Shown: piece by piece, positions 6,953 to 14,795 of the stretch
Numbering within the stretch: position 1 is the first letter of the stretch
Layout: each line of letters begins with the position of its first letter
From: Bacillota bacterium
Lineage (GTDB): Bacteria; Bacillota; Clostridia; Saccharofermentanales; DTU023
Reading direction: 5' to 3'
DNA: 64,000 nt
NCBI GenBank assembly: GCA_029570375.1
Contig: JAKPXB010000040.1
Span: 27,464 to 91,463 of the forward strand
Translations under genes and position numbers: made by a program
The notes under the pieces: model-generated
Databases searched by the model: none
Seen by the model: only the letters and a program-made list of their open reading frames with translations
Told to the model about the DNA's origin: nothing

Positions 6953-9754
6953 TCAGTCCCTGAGTTCGTCCAGTTTTGCCGTCTCGTCCGGCTGCTGCTT
7001 CGAGAGAACGGTTGTTTCCCCGAAATCAAGCTTCGATGGATCATACGCCTCGGCGGGCTGTCCGCCGCTCTGCCCCGGCGCACTGGCCTGCCCGGGTCGG
7101 TAAGGCGGGATGTAGGACTGGACAAAGGGCTGATTGGTTACGGGATGATCCGCCTGTATCGCGTTTTCCCAGGTTTCCGGTGAGAATCCTCTGCCATCCT
7201 CGCGGTATGCGTATGGCGGCTTCTCTGTCACCGCGCCGGCCGCAGGCACCGGCGCGCCCGGGGGATATGGGGGGGTAACAGGACCGGGACGGTATCCTCC
7301 TCCCGCCGGCGTCTGCGCATTCGGATACGGGGGAACAGCGGGGCCGGGGCGGTATCCTCCCGCCGGCGTCTGCGCATTCGGATACGGGGGAATGGCGGAT
7401 CCGGCAGGATAACCGGATGCCATCCGGTTATCGTTCGGCGCACCGGGATAGGCAGGTGCGCCCGCCTGAGCGCGCTTCCGGCGCTTCTTCGCCCGAACCG
7501 AAAGAATGAAAAAGACCGTGACAGCCGACAGGATTACCAGAAGCGCGGCCATCACATAGAGAACTAGTCTAATCTGCACGTTATTCATCATCTGCACCCA
7601 TCGACTTGTCGTCACATAGAAACCGGAGATTTCTCCTTCTGTCTGGTTACCCGCCGCATCGGCGCAGACAACGCGCAGATGGCGGGCGTTGTTTGAACCG
7701 CCCATGACGATGTAGTGGAAATCTTCTTTCCCTGAGACCAGTTTTTCGATCTCGAGCGCGTTCCACTCTTTTACCTTTTCTCCATCTAAATAAAGTATAA
7801 CATCGGAGAGCTTCACATTATCATCGGCGGTAAAAATAACATCGTAATCGCCTGCCGGGTAAGTTCCGCCTTTTTCAAGATTGAGGAACGATACGATTGG
7901 AGCTGTATTATCGACGATGAAGCTGATATCCATCCCCCCATGGCCGGATGAACTCTCCGATACGCGCCCAGCGCTGTCCTGGGAGCTGATGCTCAGGCGG
8001 TACAGACCGTCCTCTGTAAAATTGGCGCTGAAGATCCGGTACGCGTACTGGTAGAAACGGCCGTCCTCCCCGTCCTGCTCAAGACTGTAATCCACACCTT
8101 CTTTCAGTGTGGCGGAGTGATTATCTTTGAAGAGCGTCACTTGATTCGTCGCCAGCTTAAGGGCATTCGTCTCCGTCACAACGATATCCGGAGCCTTTTT
8201 CACGTATGATCCCGCCAGCGCTTTCGTTTCATCGCTGCATTCATACGTAGACCCGAACCGGTTGACGGAGAACCGGATCGTCTCTGATGTCGTATTGTTC
8301 AGCTTATCCTTCATCTTCACGCTGATCGTATAAAAATCGTCCATCTCCAGCGAGCGCGGAAACTCATGGTACTCCACACGCCCGCCTGTCGACTCCGTTT
8401 TCATCTCTTTAATGTTCAGTATGACTCCGCGGCGCTTCCCTGACAGCTGGATGTCCACACTCTCAGGCATCAGATTCGGGTCACTGAACTCGATGACAGG
8501 TGCGATCACCCCCTCACCTTTTTTATCGGATGTAATCCCGGTAACGGTGTAGGCCGGGGGAGTTGTGTCGATGATAAACGCCTGTTCGGCGAAGGACTCT
8601 GCCTGACGGCCGGCCATATCGCTGCAGCTGACCGCAAGAGAATACTCACCATCTTTATCATACAAAATCGTCGCGGTGTGCTTGTTCCCGTCACTCTGCC
8701 AACTGCTAACAACAGGCGGTTCAACTTCCTCCCCTCCCCGTCCGGCGCTCTGTGTGACAGTCACCAATTCGGGATCGAAATTCGCTTCGTCCACAGTGAT
8801 AGTCGCTTTCCGGAATTGATTGTAATAATTCGACATGACAGGCGCGGCGTCATCAAACCGGACATCCAGCACGGGGGCCGTACGGTCGATGAAAAACTCC
8901 TCATGAATGGGCGCCGCCGAAAGCCCGCCGGAATCTCTATAGGTTATGTCAACCGAGTAGGCTCCTTCTTCCGTGAACGGGATGGTCTTGGAAAAAGTGG
9001 ATACTGTCACTCCCTGGAAGGGGCTGCCGGCCGCGATTTCCTTGAAATCGTTCTGCCCGGGAAGCTTCTGCTTCACAGAAACTTTTACCAGAGTTTTGTC
9101 GAAATTAGCCTCTGTGACCTTGAGTGTCCCTGTCACCGCGTCGGTAAAGAACCCGCCCTTTTCCTTATTCTTATCGAATGTCAGCGACATGACAGGAGCA
9201 ACGCTGTCAATCACAAAGCTATCCAAGTATGATACAGGAGCTCCGGTTACACAGTCCGTACCCTCAATTTTCAGAATATAGCGCCCATCCTTCCTGAAGG
9301 CCAGCGTGCCTCTATATGTGTCCGCCTTACCACTGACCGGGCTGAACGCGATGTGTTTTCTCTCAATTGGCCCGTAGTCCTGGAAATAATAAGGGGTGTA
9401 TTCAACGCCGATATAAAAATCATCCGGATTAAAACCTGTATGTTTTATCTCGATCGTCGCCGTGCGCGGTTTTCTGTAGTATTCCCCGCCGAAAGCTTTA
9501 TTGTTGTCATAGGTAACCGTTACACTCGTTCCATGGCCGGTTTGAAGGCGAATGGGGAGATGGGACATGGGCGTTAACGGGCTCTGGCCTCCTATAAGAA
9601 GCCGCCTCGACTGCAGTCCCGCATGGTTTATATCCTCAACGACACCCGAATCAGCTTTTGCCGGCGCGCCCCCCGGCGCGTAAAAACACAGCATCAGACA
9701 GACGGCCCCTGCGAGCAAGGCCGCTCTCGATGCGCGATGTCTGCGGTTCTTCAT
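6953..9754 (-). CDS. Large type I membrane protein: signal peptide, several Ig-like modules, one TM helix, and a Pro/Tyr/Gly-rich cytoplasmic tail of about 180 aa
   Basis: Start re-set from 10222 to ATG 9754 (caaggagggc RBS at 9761-9770), because the upstream extension overlaps gene 9855-10412. The N-terminus MKNRRHRASRAALLAGAVCLMLCFYAPGGAPAKA is a signal peptide. Four modules end in FVIDSVAPV / FFIDRTAPV / FIIDTTPPA / FIVDNTAPI. The TM helix LVLYVMAALLVILSAVTVFFILSV is followed by KKRRKR. Confidence 0.8.
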   Translation of the reverse strand: MKNRRHRASRAALLAGAVCLMLCFYAPGGAPAKADSGVVEDINHAGLQSRRLLIGGQSPLTPMSHLPIRLQTGHGTSVTVTYDNNKAFGGEYYRKPRTATIEIKHTGFNPDDFYIGVEYTPYYFQDYGPIERKHIAFSPVSGKADTYRGTLAFRKDGRYILKIEGTDCVTGAPVSYLDSFVIDSVAPVMSLTFDKNKEKGGFFTDAVTGTLKVTEANFDKTLVKVSVKQKLPGQNDFKEIAAGSPFQGVTVSTFSKTIPFTEEGAYSVDITYRDSGGLSAAPIHEEFFIDRTAPVLDVRFDDAAPVMSNYYNQFRKATITVDEANFDPELVTVTQSAGRGGEEVEPPVVSSWQSDGNKHTATILYDKDGEYSLAVSCSDMAGRQAESFAEQAFIIDTTPPAYTVTGITSDKKGEGVIAPVIEFSDPNLMPESVDIQLSGKRRGVILNIKEMKTESTGGRVEYHEFPRSLEMDDFYTISVKMKDKLNNTTSETIRFSVNRFGSTYECSDETKALAGSYVKKAPDIVVTETNALKLATNQVTLFKDNHSATLKEGVDYSLEQDGEDGRFYQYAYRIFSANFTEDGLYRLSISSQDSAGRVSESSSGHGGMDISFIVDNTAPIVSFLNLEKGGTYPAGDYDVIFTADDNVKLSDVILYLDGEKVKEWNALEIEKLVSGKEDFHYIVMGGSNNARHLRVVCADAAGNQTEGEISGFYVTTSRWVQMMNNVQIRLVLYVMAALLVILSAVTVFFILSVRAKKRRKRAQAGAPAYPGAPNDNRMASGYPAGSAIPPYPNAQTPAGGYRPGPAVPPYPNAQTPAGGGYRPGPVTPPYPPGAPVPAAGAVTEKPPYAYREDGRGFSPETWENAIQADHPVTNQPFVQSYIPPYRPGQASAPGQSGGQPAEAYDPSKLDFGETTVLSKQQPDETAKLDELRD
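7291..7390 (-). repeat. Coding tandem repeat in the cytoplasmic tail (two copies of PPYPNAQTPAGG(G)YRPGP)
   Basis: ggtatcctcc(tcc)cgccggcgtctgcgcattcggatacggggg occurs at 7291-7333 and again at 7351-7390. The copies are identical apart from one 3-nt indel. Confidence 0.9.
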
Positions 9755-9854
9755 AGGGCAGCCCTCCTTGTTGGCGGTTTGCGCGAAACCGTGATCCGTC
9801 CTGAGTTTGGCTGAATAAACGCGGTTTAACCCCGGACGGACGACTGGATCAGGC

Positions 9855-10412
9855 CTAATCGACGGGAATCGAACTGGCGTAAAAATAAAGTTCAAATTCC
9901 GGTTGTATCTCCAAATACCGGATCGCAGTATCTTCCCCTGCTGTCGGCACGGGCGATAACAACTCTGTGGCGGCGTTCGGCGCTTCTTCCGCGTGCGGCA
10001 TGTGAGGTTCCGCGGGAAACTCCGGGGCGGGTGCCGCCGGTGGAGGAGGCGGAGCCGGAGGTACTGGGGAAGAAGCGGCTGCCCGCGGTCCGGATATATC
10101 CGGAAGCTCTTCTGTTCTGATCTTCTCGGTCGCTGCCAGTCGGTCCGCGCCGGCACTGTCACGGCGGGACGAAGGATCCTTGCCTGGCTTTCTCCCGTGT
10201 TTTCTTTTTCCGCGGGATACACCGCCGCTCTCCACAGAGGCGGTGCCGCTCCTGCGGAGCGCCGCGACTTCTTTGCGTTCCTGTGATCCGGTCAGAAAAC
10301 CGATCACCTGGGGAATCCGGAACATGAAGAATGTGATGACGGTAAGCAGGAACATCAGGGCAGCGCCGCTATAAAGCACGAGCGAGATTGTTTTCATCTG
10401 TTCAAACGACAT
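9855..10412 (-). CDS. Small single-pass membrane protein with an Arg/Pro-rich linker; function unknown
   Basis: Start set to ATG 10412, 1 nt after the kinase stop, with gggggagagg upstream. The N-terminal TM is ISLVLYSGAALMFLLTVITFFMF, followed by a PPAPPPPPAAPAP tract and a short C-terminal segment ...IRYLEIQPEFELYFY.... Confidence 0.6.
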   Translation of the reverse strand: MSFEQMKTISLVLYSGAALMFLLTVITFFMFRIPQVIGFLTGSQERKEVAALRRSGTASVESGGVSRGKRKHGRKPGKDPSSRRDSAGADRLAATEKIRTEELPDISGPRAAASSPVPPAPPPPPAAPAPEFPAEPHMPHAEEAPNAATELLSPVPTAGEDTAIRYLEIQPEFELYFYASSIPVD

Positions 10413-10413
10413 C

Positions 10414-12120
10414 TCAGTCCTCTCCCCCGCTGACAAAAACGGCTTTTATCGCTTTCCGCGTTTCTATAATCCGGTCACGGATTTCCGATTTCATTTCCTC
10501 TGTCTTTCTCGTCGTTGTCGTCAGACCTCTGTTGATTTGACTGATCGTCTCACACATATTGAGCATGTCTATCTCCAATATGCCGTCCGCTTTAAACCTG
10601 CCGGCGTATTGCTGGAGGGCGCTTCTGCCGAGTTCCAGAAGTTCGAGCCGGACAATTTCGCTTTCTTCCTTATCCGCCGCGACCGTCCCGATCAGCTCTT
10701 TTAACTGATCGAAAAAAGGTTTGTACAGACCTTTGTCGGCGCCTTCTATCGTCTTGATGGCGATATCGCGGTAAAAAGTGCCGATTGCCGCGTATACGGT
10801 GGCCATCGTCGTCTTTTCCGTCTGTTCCGGGGCGTAGCGCACCGCGTCATCGAACCAGTCGATCGCGCCTTTCATGCGGGCGATCTGATTATCGCCCGCT
10901 TCGGTTCCGTAATCGTAGTAATACCAGAACAGTTTGCCGACTTCAAAGCAAAGGTCCGAGAAATCGCGTGGATTCCCCTTCAGATCCTTCAGATGCGTCT
11001 TGATCTGCCTGTTCAATATATTCGCCTCTTCGACGCTGAAGCGGGCGTCCCCCTCTTTGAACAACTGGATCATGCCGAGATACGCGTCCGGCACGCCGCC
11101 TTTATCCGGCATGTCGATACACAATTCGTAGAGCTCAAGCTTCTTCTGGTAGTCGGTTGACTGCTTCGCCTCGTCCAGTTTTTGCTCGTAATAATCGCTC
11201 GTCAGTTTTTGCGACTCCCGCCCGGTCCAGAAACCGCCGACGAGAAACGCGAGAGAAGTCAGCAGCGCGAGAGAAAATATCAGCAGGCGTCTTTTCTGTT
11301 TTCTGTGATAACGCTCATCGATTTCCTCGTAGTGTTCCAGCGCGTAGCGCAGATCGAAGCACTGCTGGTACCGATCCTCGGGATTTCGCTGCGTACACTT
11401 GAGCAGGATTTTCTCGAAACCGGAAGACAGACGCGGATTCACCGTACGGATCGGTTTCATTTCATAAGGGGGACTGCCGGGGTTAAGTCCGGTGACAAGA
11501 TGGTAGAGCGTCGCCCCCAGCCCGTAGACATCGGTGCGGGCGTCTGTCTGTCCCAGTCCGCCGAACTGTTCAGGCGCCGCGTAACCCACTGTCCCGAGAC
11601 ACGTTGTGTCTTCAACTTTTCTCTCTTTAAATTCACGCGCCGTACCGAAATCGATCAGCGCGAGGTTGCCATCCGGTTTCAGCATCACATTGGACGGCTT
11701 CATATCGCGATAAATGATCGGCGGCGTCTGCGCGTGCAGATAGGACAGAACATCACAGAGCTGCTTGCCCCATTCGATTACATATTCCTGTGGCTGCGCG
11801 CCGTATTCCGAGAGCACTTTTGAGAGAGGGATCCCTTCAATGTAATCCATCACAATGACCAGTGTGCTCTCATCTTCGATGATATCGATAATACTCGGCA
11901 GGTACGGATGACGCAGTTTTTTCAGCATCTCTGTTTCAACGATCAGCCCCTGACGGACAGCCTCGAAATCGAGCACGCCGTCTTTCCGGACTTCTTTGAC
12001 CGCCCAGGTTTTGTTCGCCTTCTCATTGATCGCCATGTAAACGATGCTCATGCCGCCGCGTCCGACCTCATGGAGAATGCGGTATTTGCCGTCGAGTAAT
12101 GCTCCTGTCTCGAGTGCCAC
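10414..12120 (-). CDS. Hanks-type Ser/Thr protein kinase with one TM helix and a helical, non-PASTA extracytoplasmic domain of about 270 aa
   Basis: 568 aa with a GTG start. Kinase motifs present are the glycine loop GRGGMSIVY, WAVKEV lysine, IIYRDMKPSN catalytic loop, DFG and APE. The TM helix LLIFSLALLTSLAFLVGGFW spans residues 279-298. Confidence 0.9.
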   Translation of the reverse strand: MALETGALLDGKYRILHEVGRGGMSIVYMAINEKANKTWAVKEVRKDGVLDFEAVRQGLIVETEMLKKLRHPYLPSIIDIIEDESTLVIVMDYIEGIPLSKVLSEYGAQPQEYVIEWGKQLCDVLSYLHAQTPPIIYRDMKPSNVMLKPDGNLALIDFGTAREFKERKVEDTTCLGTVGYAAPEQFGGLGQTDARTDVYGLGATLYHLVTGLNPGSPPYEMKPIRTVNPRLSSGFEKILLKCTQRNPEDRYQQCFDLRYALEHYEEIDERYHRKQKRRLLIFSLALLTSLAFLVGGFWTGRESQKLTSDYYEQKLDEAKQSTDYQKKLELYELCIDMPDKGGVPDAYLGMIQLFKEGDARFSVEEANILNRQIKTHLKDLKGNPRDFSDLCFEVGKLFWYYYDYGTEAGDNQIARMKGAIDWFDDAVRYAPEQTEKTTMATVYAAIGTFYRDIAIKTIEGADKGLYKPFFDQLKELIGTVAADKEESEIVRLELLELGRSALQQYAGRFKADGILEIDMLNMCETISQINRGLTTTTRKTEEMKSEIRDRIIETRKAIKAVFVSGGED

Positions 12121-12134
12121 GATAACCTCTTCTT

Positions 12135-12902
12135 CTAAAACGTTTTTATCGTAATGACTGAGATATTATCCCGTTCCTGCCTCTGTTTAACCAGATTGAT
12201 CAGCGCGCGCTCGGTTTCGCCGCTCACCTCCCAGGCGGTCAGCCGGTCAGGGTGAAGGGACTGGAATATTTCTTCTTCGCTGAGCTCATTGCGAAAGCCG
12301 TCTGTACACATCATGTAGACGGCATTTTCGCGCGTCTCTCCAAAAAAGAAATCGGGGTGCACTTCCTCCGACGCTCCGACACACTGGAGCAGAATATTGC
12401 GGCGCGGATCTCTTCTCGCCTCATCAGGTGTGAGTATGCCTTCCCGCACCTCCTGAGCGACGACCGTCTGGTCCTTCGTCAGCTGACACAGCTTCTCAGC
12501 GATTTCATAGGCGCGCGTATCGCCGACGTTGACGATCGAATACCTTTGCTGTGTTATCAGCATCGCCGTGAGCGTCGTACCTATCACATGTTTGCCGCGG
12601 GACGCAAACCGGGCGATCGCTCCGTTGCAGTATTCAATGAGGCTGTTCCAGTCGCTGCGGAGCCACTGATCAGGATGGTCCGAAGCGAGAACGCCCGCGA
12701 GTCTCTCGCCGGCCCAGCTGAAAAATGAGCGCACAACATACGCCGAAGCAATTTCACCGTAATCGAATCCCCCCATCCCGTCACAGAGAACAGCGAAAAC
12801 AACTCTCCCCTCGCCGGTTCGATAAACGCGGACATGGTAACTGTCCTGATTGGTCCGCTTCGTATTGCCGATATCCGTCGAGGCTGAAACGATAAATTCC
12901 AT
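12135..12902 (-). CDS. PP2C-family Ser/Thr protein phosphatase
   Basis: 255 aa. STDIGNTKRTNQDSY and LCDGMGG are typical PPM/PP2C metal-binding motifs. The gene ends 14 nt before the kinase start. Confidence 0.9.
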   Translation of the reverse strand: MEFIVSASTDIGNTKRTNQDSYHVRVYRTGEGRVVFAVLCDGMGGFDYGEIASAYVVRSFFSWAGERLAGVLASDHPDQWLRSDWNSLIEYCNGAIARFASRGKHVIGTTLTAMLITQQRYSIVNVGDTRAYEIAEKLCQLTKDQTVVAQEVREGILTPDEARRDPRRNILLQCVGASEEVHPDFFFGETRENAVYMMCTDGFRNELSEEEIFQSLHPDRLTAWEVSGETERALINLVKQRQERDNISVITIKTF

Positions 12903-12953
12903 GTGTCCCGTGCCTGCTTCCCTTGTAATTGAAGAGAGGTTCGCCTCGCTCCG

Positions 12954-14762
12954 TCAGCTCATGCGGAATTCAAATGATTCATTGGCGAGTCTTATCGAAT
13001 CGCCGTGTTTAAGTTCCGTCTCTTGATTGGCCGGAATCATCTGGCCGTTATGATAGGTATGATTTGTCGAATTTGTGTCGACCACGAAGAACCTGCCGTC
13101 GCGCGTAATAATATGGGCGTGGCTCCGGCTGATCGCCGTATTGTCCCCGATAAAATAATCGACAAAACTCTTCTCCTTGCCGATGCGGAAGAGCGGTTTG
13201 CTGAGGGGAATCCTCTCCTGATTGCTCTGGCGGATCAGATAGGGAAATGATTCCCGCGGTTCCTGCTTTACAGCTGCTCCAAGAACGGTTGTATCTTTCT
13301 GAGAGCTTCCCGTCAGCGATGTCGTCTCCCCGAAACTCACCGGCCCGGCGGCTGAAGGCGCCGGCGCGGGCATGGGCGGATACGCCGGTCTCTGTGCCGG
13401 AAAAGGAGGGGGAACGGGTGAAGGCGCCGGCTTCTGGGCAGGCGCGCTGACAGGCACGGGAGGCTGGAGCGGCTGTTTTGTTACCGGAGGCGCCGTCGGA
13501 TATTGTTGACGTGACCCCGGGATTTCCTCCTTCACCCCCGGAATCGAGAAAGGAACCGGCGGCGTGCCGGGCGCGGCTGGCGGTTCCGGCTTCCCGGGGA
13601 AACCGCCTCTCTGCGCGGCAGGAGCGGGCGCCGCACCTTGCTGGAATCCGGCTATCCCCGGAGGCGCCGCCTGCTGTTTTTTCTGCGCGTCGTAGATTGC
13701 CTTATTCTCCTTGCTGTAATGCATCATGAGATACATGAAAGACATTTTCTTCTCCCCGGATGCGGGCGCCGCGCTGCCTGTCCCTCCCGCGGGGGGCATA
13801 GGCTGCACGGGCTTCATCTGCGGAGATTTTTCTTTCCTTCGCCGGGGAGGACTTTCCGGGGCCGGAGCAATAGGCGGAATAGAAGGGGCTCCGGCGGCGC
13901 CTTGCGGCGAGGGCTGCATCCGCTGCCCGGGCGGCGGGGAGGGAGAAACGGCGTAGGAGGGGGCGGGAGCGCCGGCCGAAGGGGCTGGCGGCCTCGGTCC
14001 GTACGGCGGGATACTTGTCTGTGAGGCATCCACCGGCCGGGATTCAGCCGGCGGAGCACCGAAGTGAGGATCGCCGACCGGCGCGGCGCCGGCTGGCGGA
14101 GCGCCCGCATACGGCCCCCCGGTCAGCGGTGCACCGGCCGAAGGATACGGCGCCGCGGCAGACCCCTGGCCGATCGGATCACCCGCCAGATGGCGGAGAA
14201 AATCCCGGAAGTCCGGAAGGGAAAAGGCCTGCGGACGATTCATGAAGCTTATAATCTGGGCGACATAGCCGAGATTCTCAGATTGGTCAAATTGCGTCCG
14301 GAAGATAATGTCTTTCAGGAACAGGCTCACCTTTTCGTTGATATCGGCAGGTTTCCCGCCCGCTCCGCTCTCCGCCGCTGTGTCAATGACAGGAAGGCAG
14401 ACCATGTACGCGCGGCAGCTGGAGACATCGACGAAAATATAGTCCATCTCAAGGAGCAACGTGTCCGGATCGATCATGTACTCCTCCGCCCGCAGCAACG
14501 CGTTGGTAATGCCGGAAACCACCCCAAGGAGCTGTCTGCGGTTCACTGTTTCTGCGTAAAACTGGCGAAGGGATATCCGCGACGAAATATTGTATTTGAG
14601 GTATTGATTCTCATCTTTCTGTTGATAGATTGCGGGGAGCAGTCCTTCGATCTGATTGTGCGTAATCATCCCCAAACTGAGAGTGTCGATCCTGTCTGTA
14701 TCCGTTAACCGGTAAACAAGATACGAATGGGAACCCTGGCTGTCGTAGGTAAATGTGTACAT
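12954..14762 (-). CDS. FHA-domain protein: N-terminal globular domain of unknown function, long Pro/Ala/Gly-rich linker, C-terminal FHA domain
   Basis: 602 aa. The C-terminal ...FRIGKEKSFVDYFIGDNTAISRSHAHIITRDGRFFVVDTNSTNHTYHNG... carries FHA signatures (G-R, S-x-x-H, N-G). ETTS/DTTV motifs lie just upstream of the FHA domain. Confidence 0.85.
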   Translation of the reverse strand: MYTFTYDSQGSHSYLVYRLTDTDRIDTLSLGMITHNQIEGLLPAIYQQKDENQYLKYNISSRISLRQFYAETVNRRQLLGVVSGITNALLRAEEYMIDPDTLLLEMDYIFVDVSSCRAYMVCLPVIDTAAESGAGGKPADINEKVSLFLKDIIFRTQFDQSENLGYVAQIISFMNRPQAFSLPDFRDFLRHLAGDPIGQGSAAAPYPSAGAPLTGGPYAGAPPAGAAPVGDPHFGAPPAESRPVDASQTSIPPYGPRPPAPSAGAPAPSYAVSPSPPPGQRMQPSPQGAAGAPSIPPIAPAPESPPRRRKEKSPQMKPVQPMPPAGGTGSAAPASGEKKMSFMYLMMHYSKENKAIYDAQKKQQAAPPGIAGFQQGAAPAPAAQRGGFPGKPEPPAAPGTPPVPFSIPGVKEEIPGSRQQYPTAPPVTKQPLQPPVPVSAPAQKPAPSPVPPPFPAQRPAYPPMPAPAPSAAGPVSFGETTSLTGSSQKDTTVLGAAVKQEPRESFPYLIRQSNQERIPLSKPLFRIGKEKSFVDYFIGDNTAISRSHAHIITRDGRFFVVDTNSTNHTYHNGQMIPANQETELKHGDSIRLANESFEFRMS

Positions 14763-14795
14763 GTGCTAATCCTTTCCGGTGCTGTATGGCGATGG

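Noticed and set aside
9755-10222. The 5' portion of the 1089-aa ORF (6953..10222, minus strand)
   Set aside because: It overlaps the separately supported gene 9855..10412 in another frame, and its translation is Arg/Pro-rich nonsense. A strong RBS plus a signal peptide begin at ATG 9754.
13478-14708. Plus-strand Arg/Pro/Gly-rich ORFs inside the FHA gene
   Set aside because: They are an artefact of the GC-rich Pro/Ala-coding linker read on the opposite strand.
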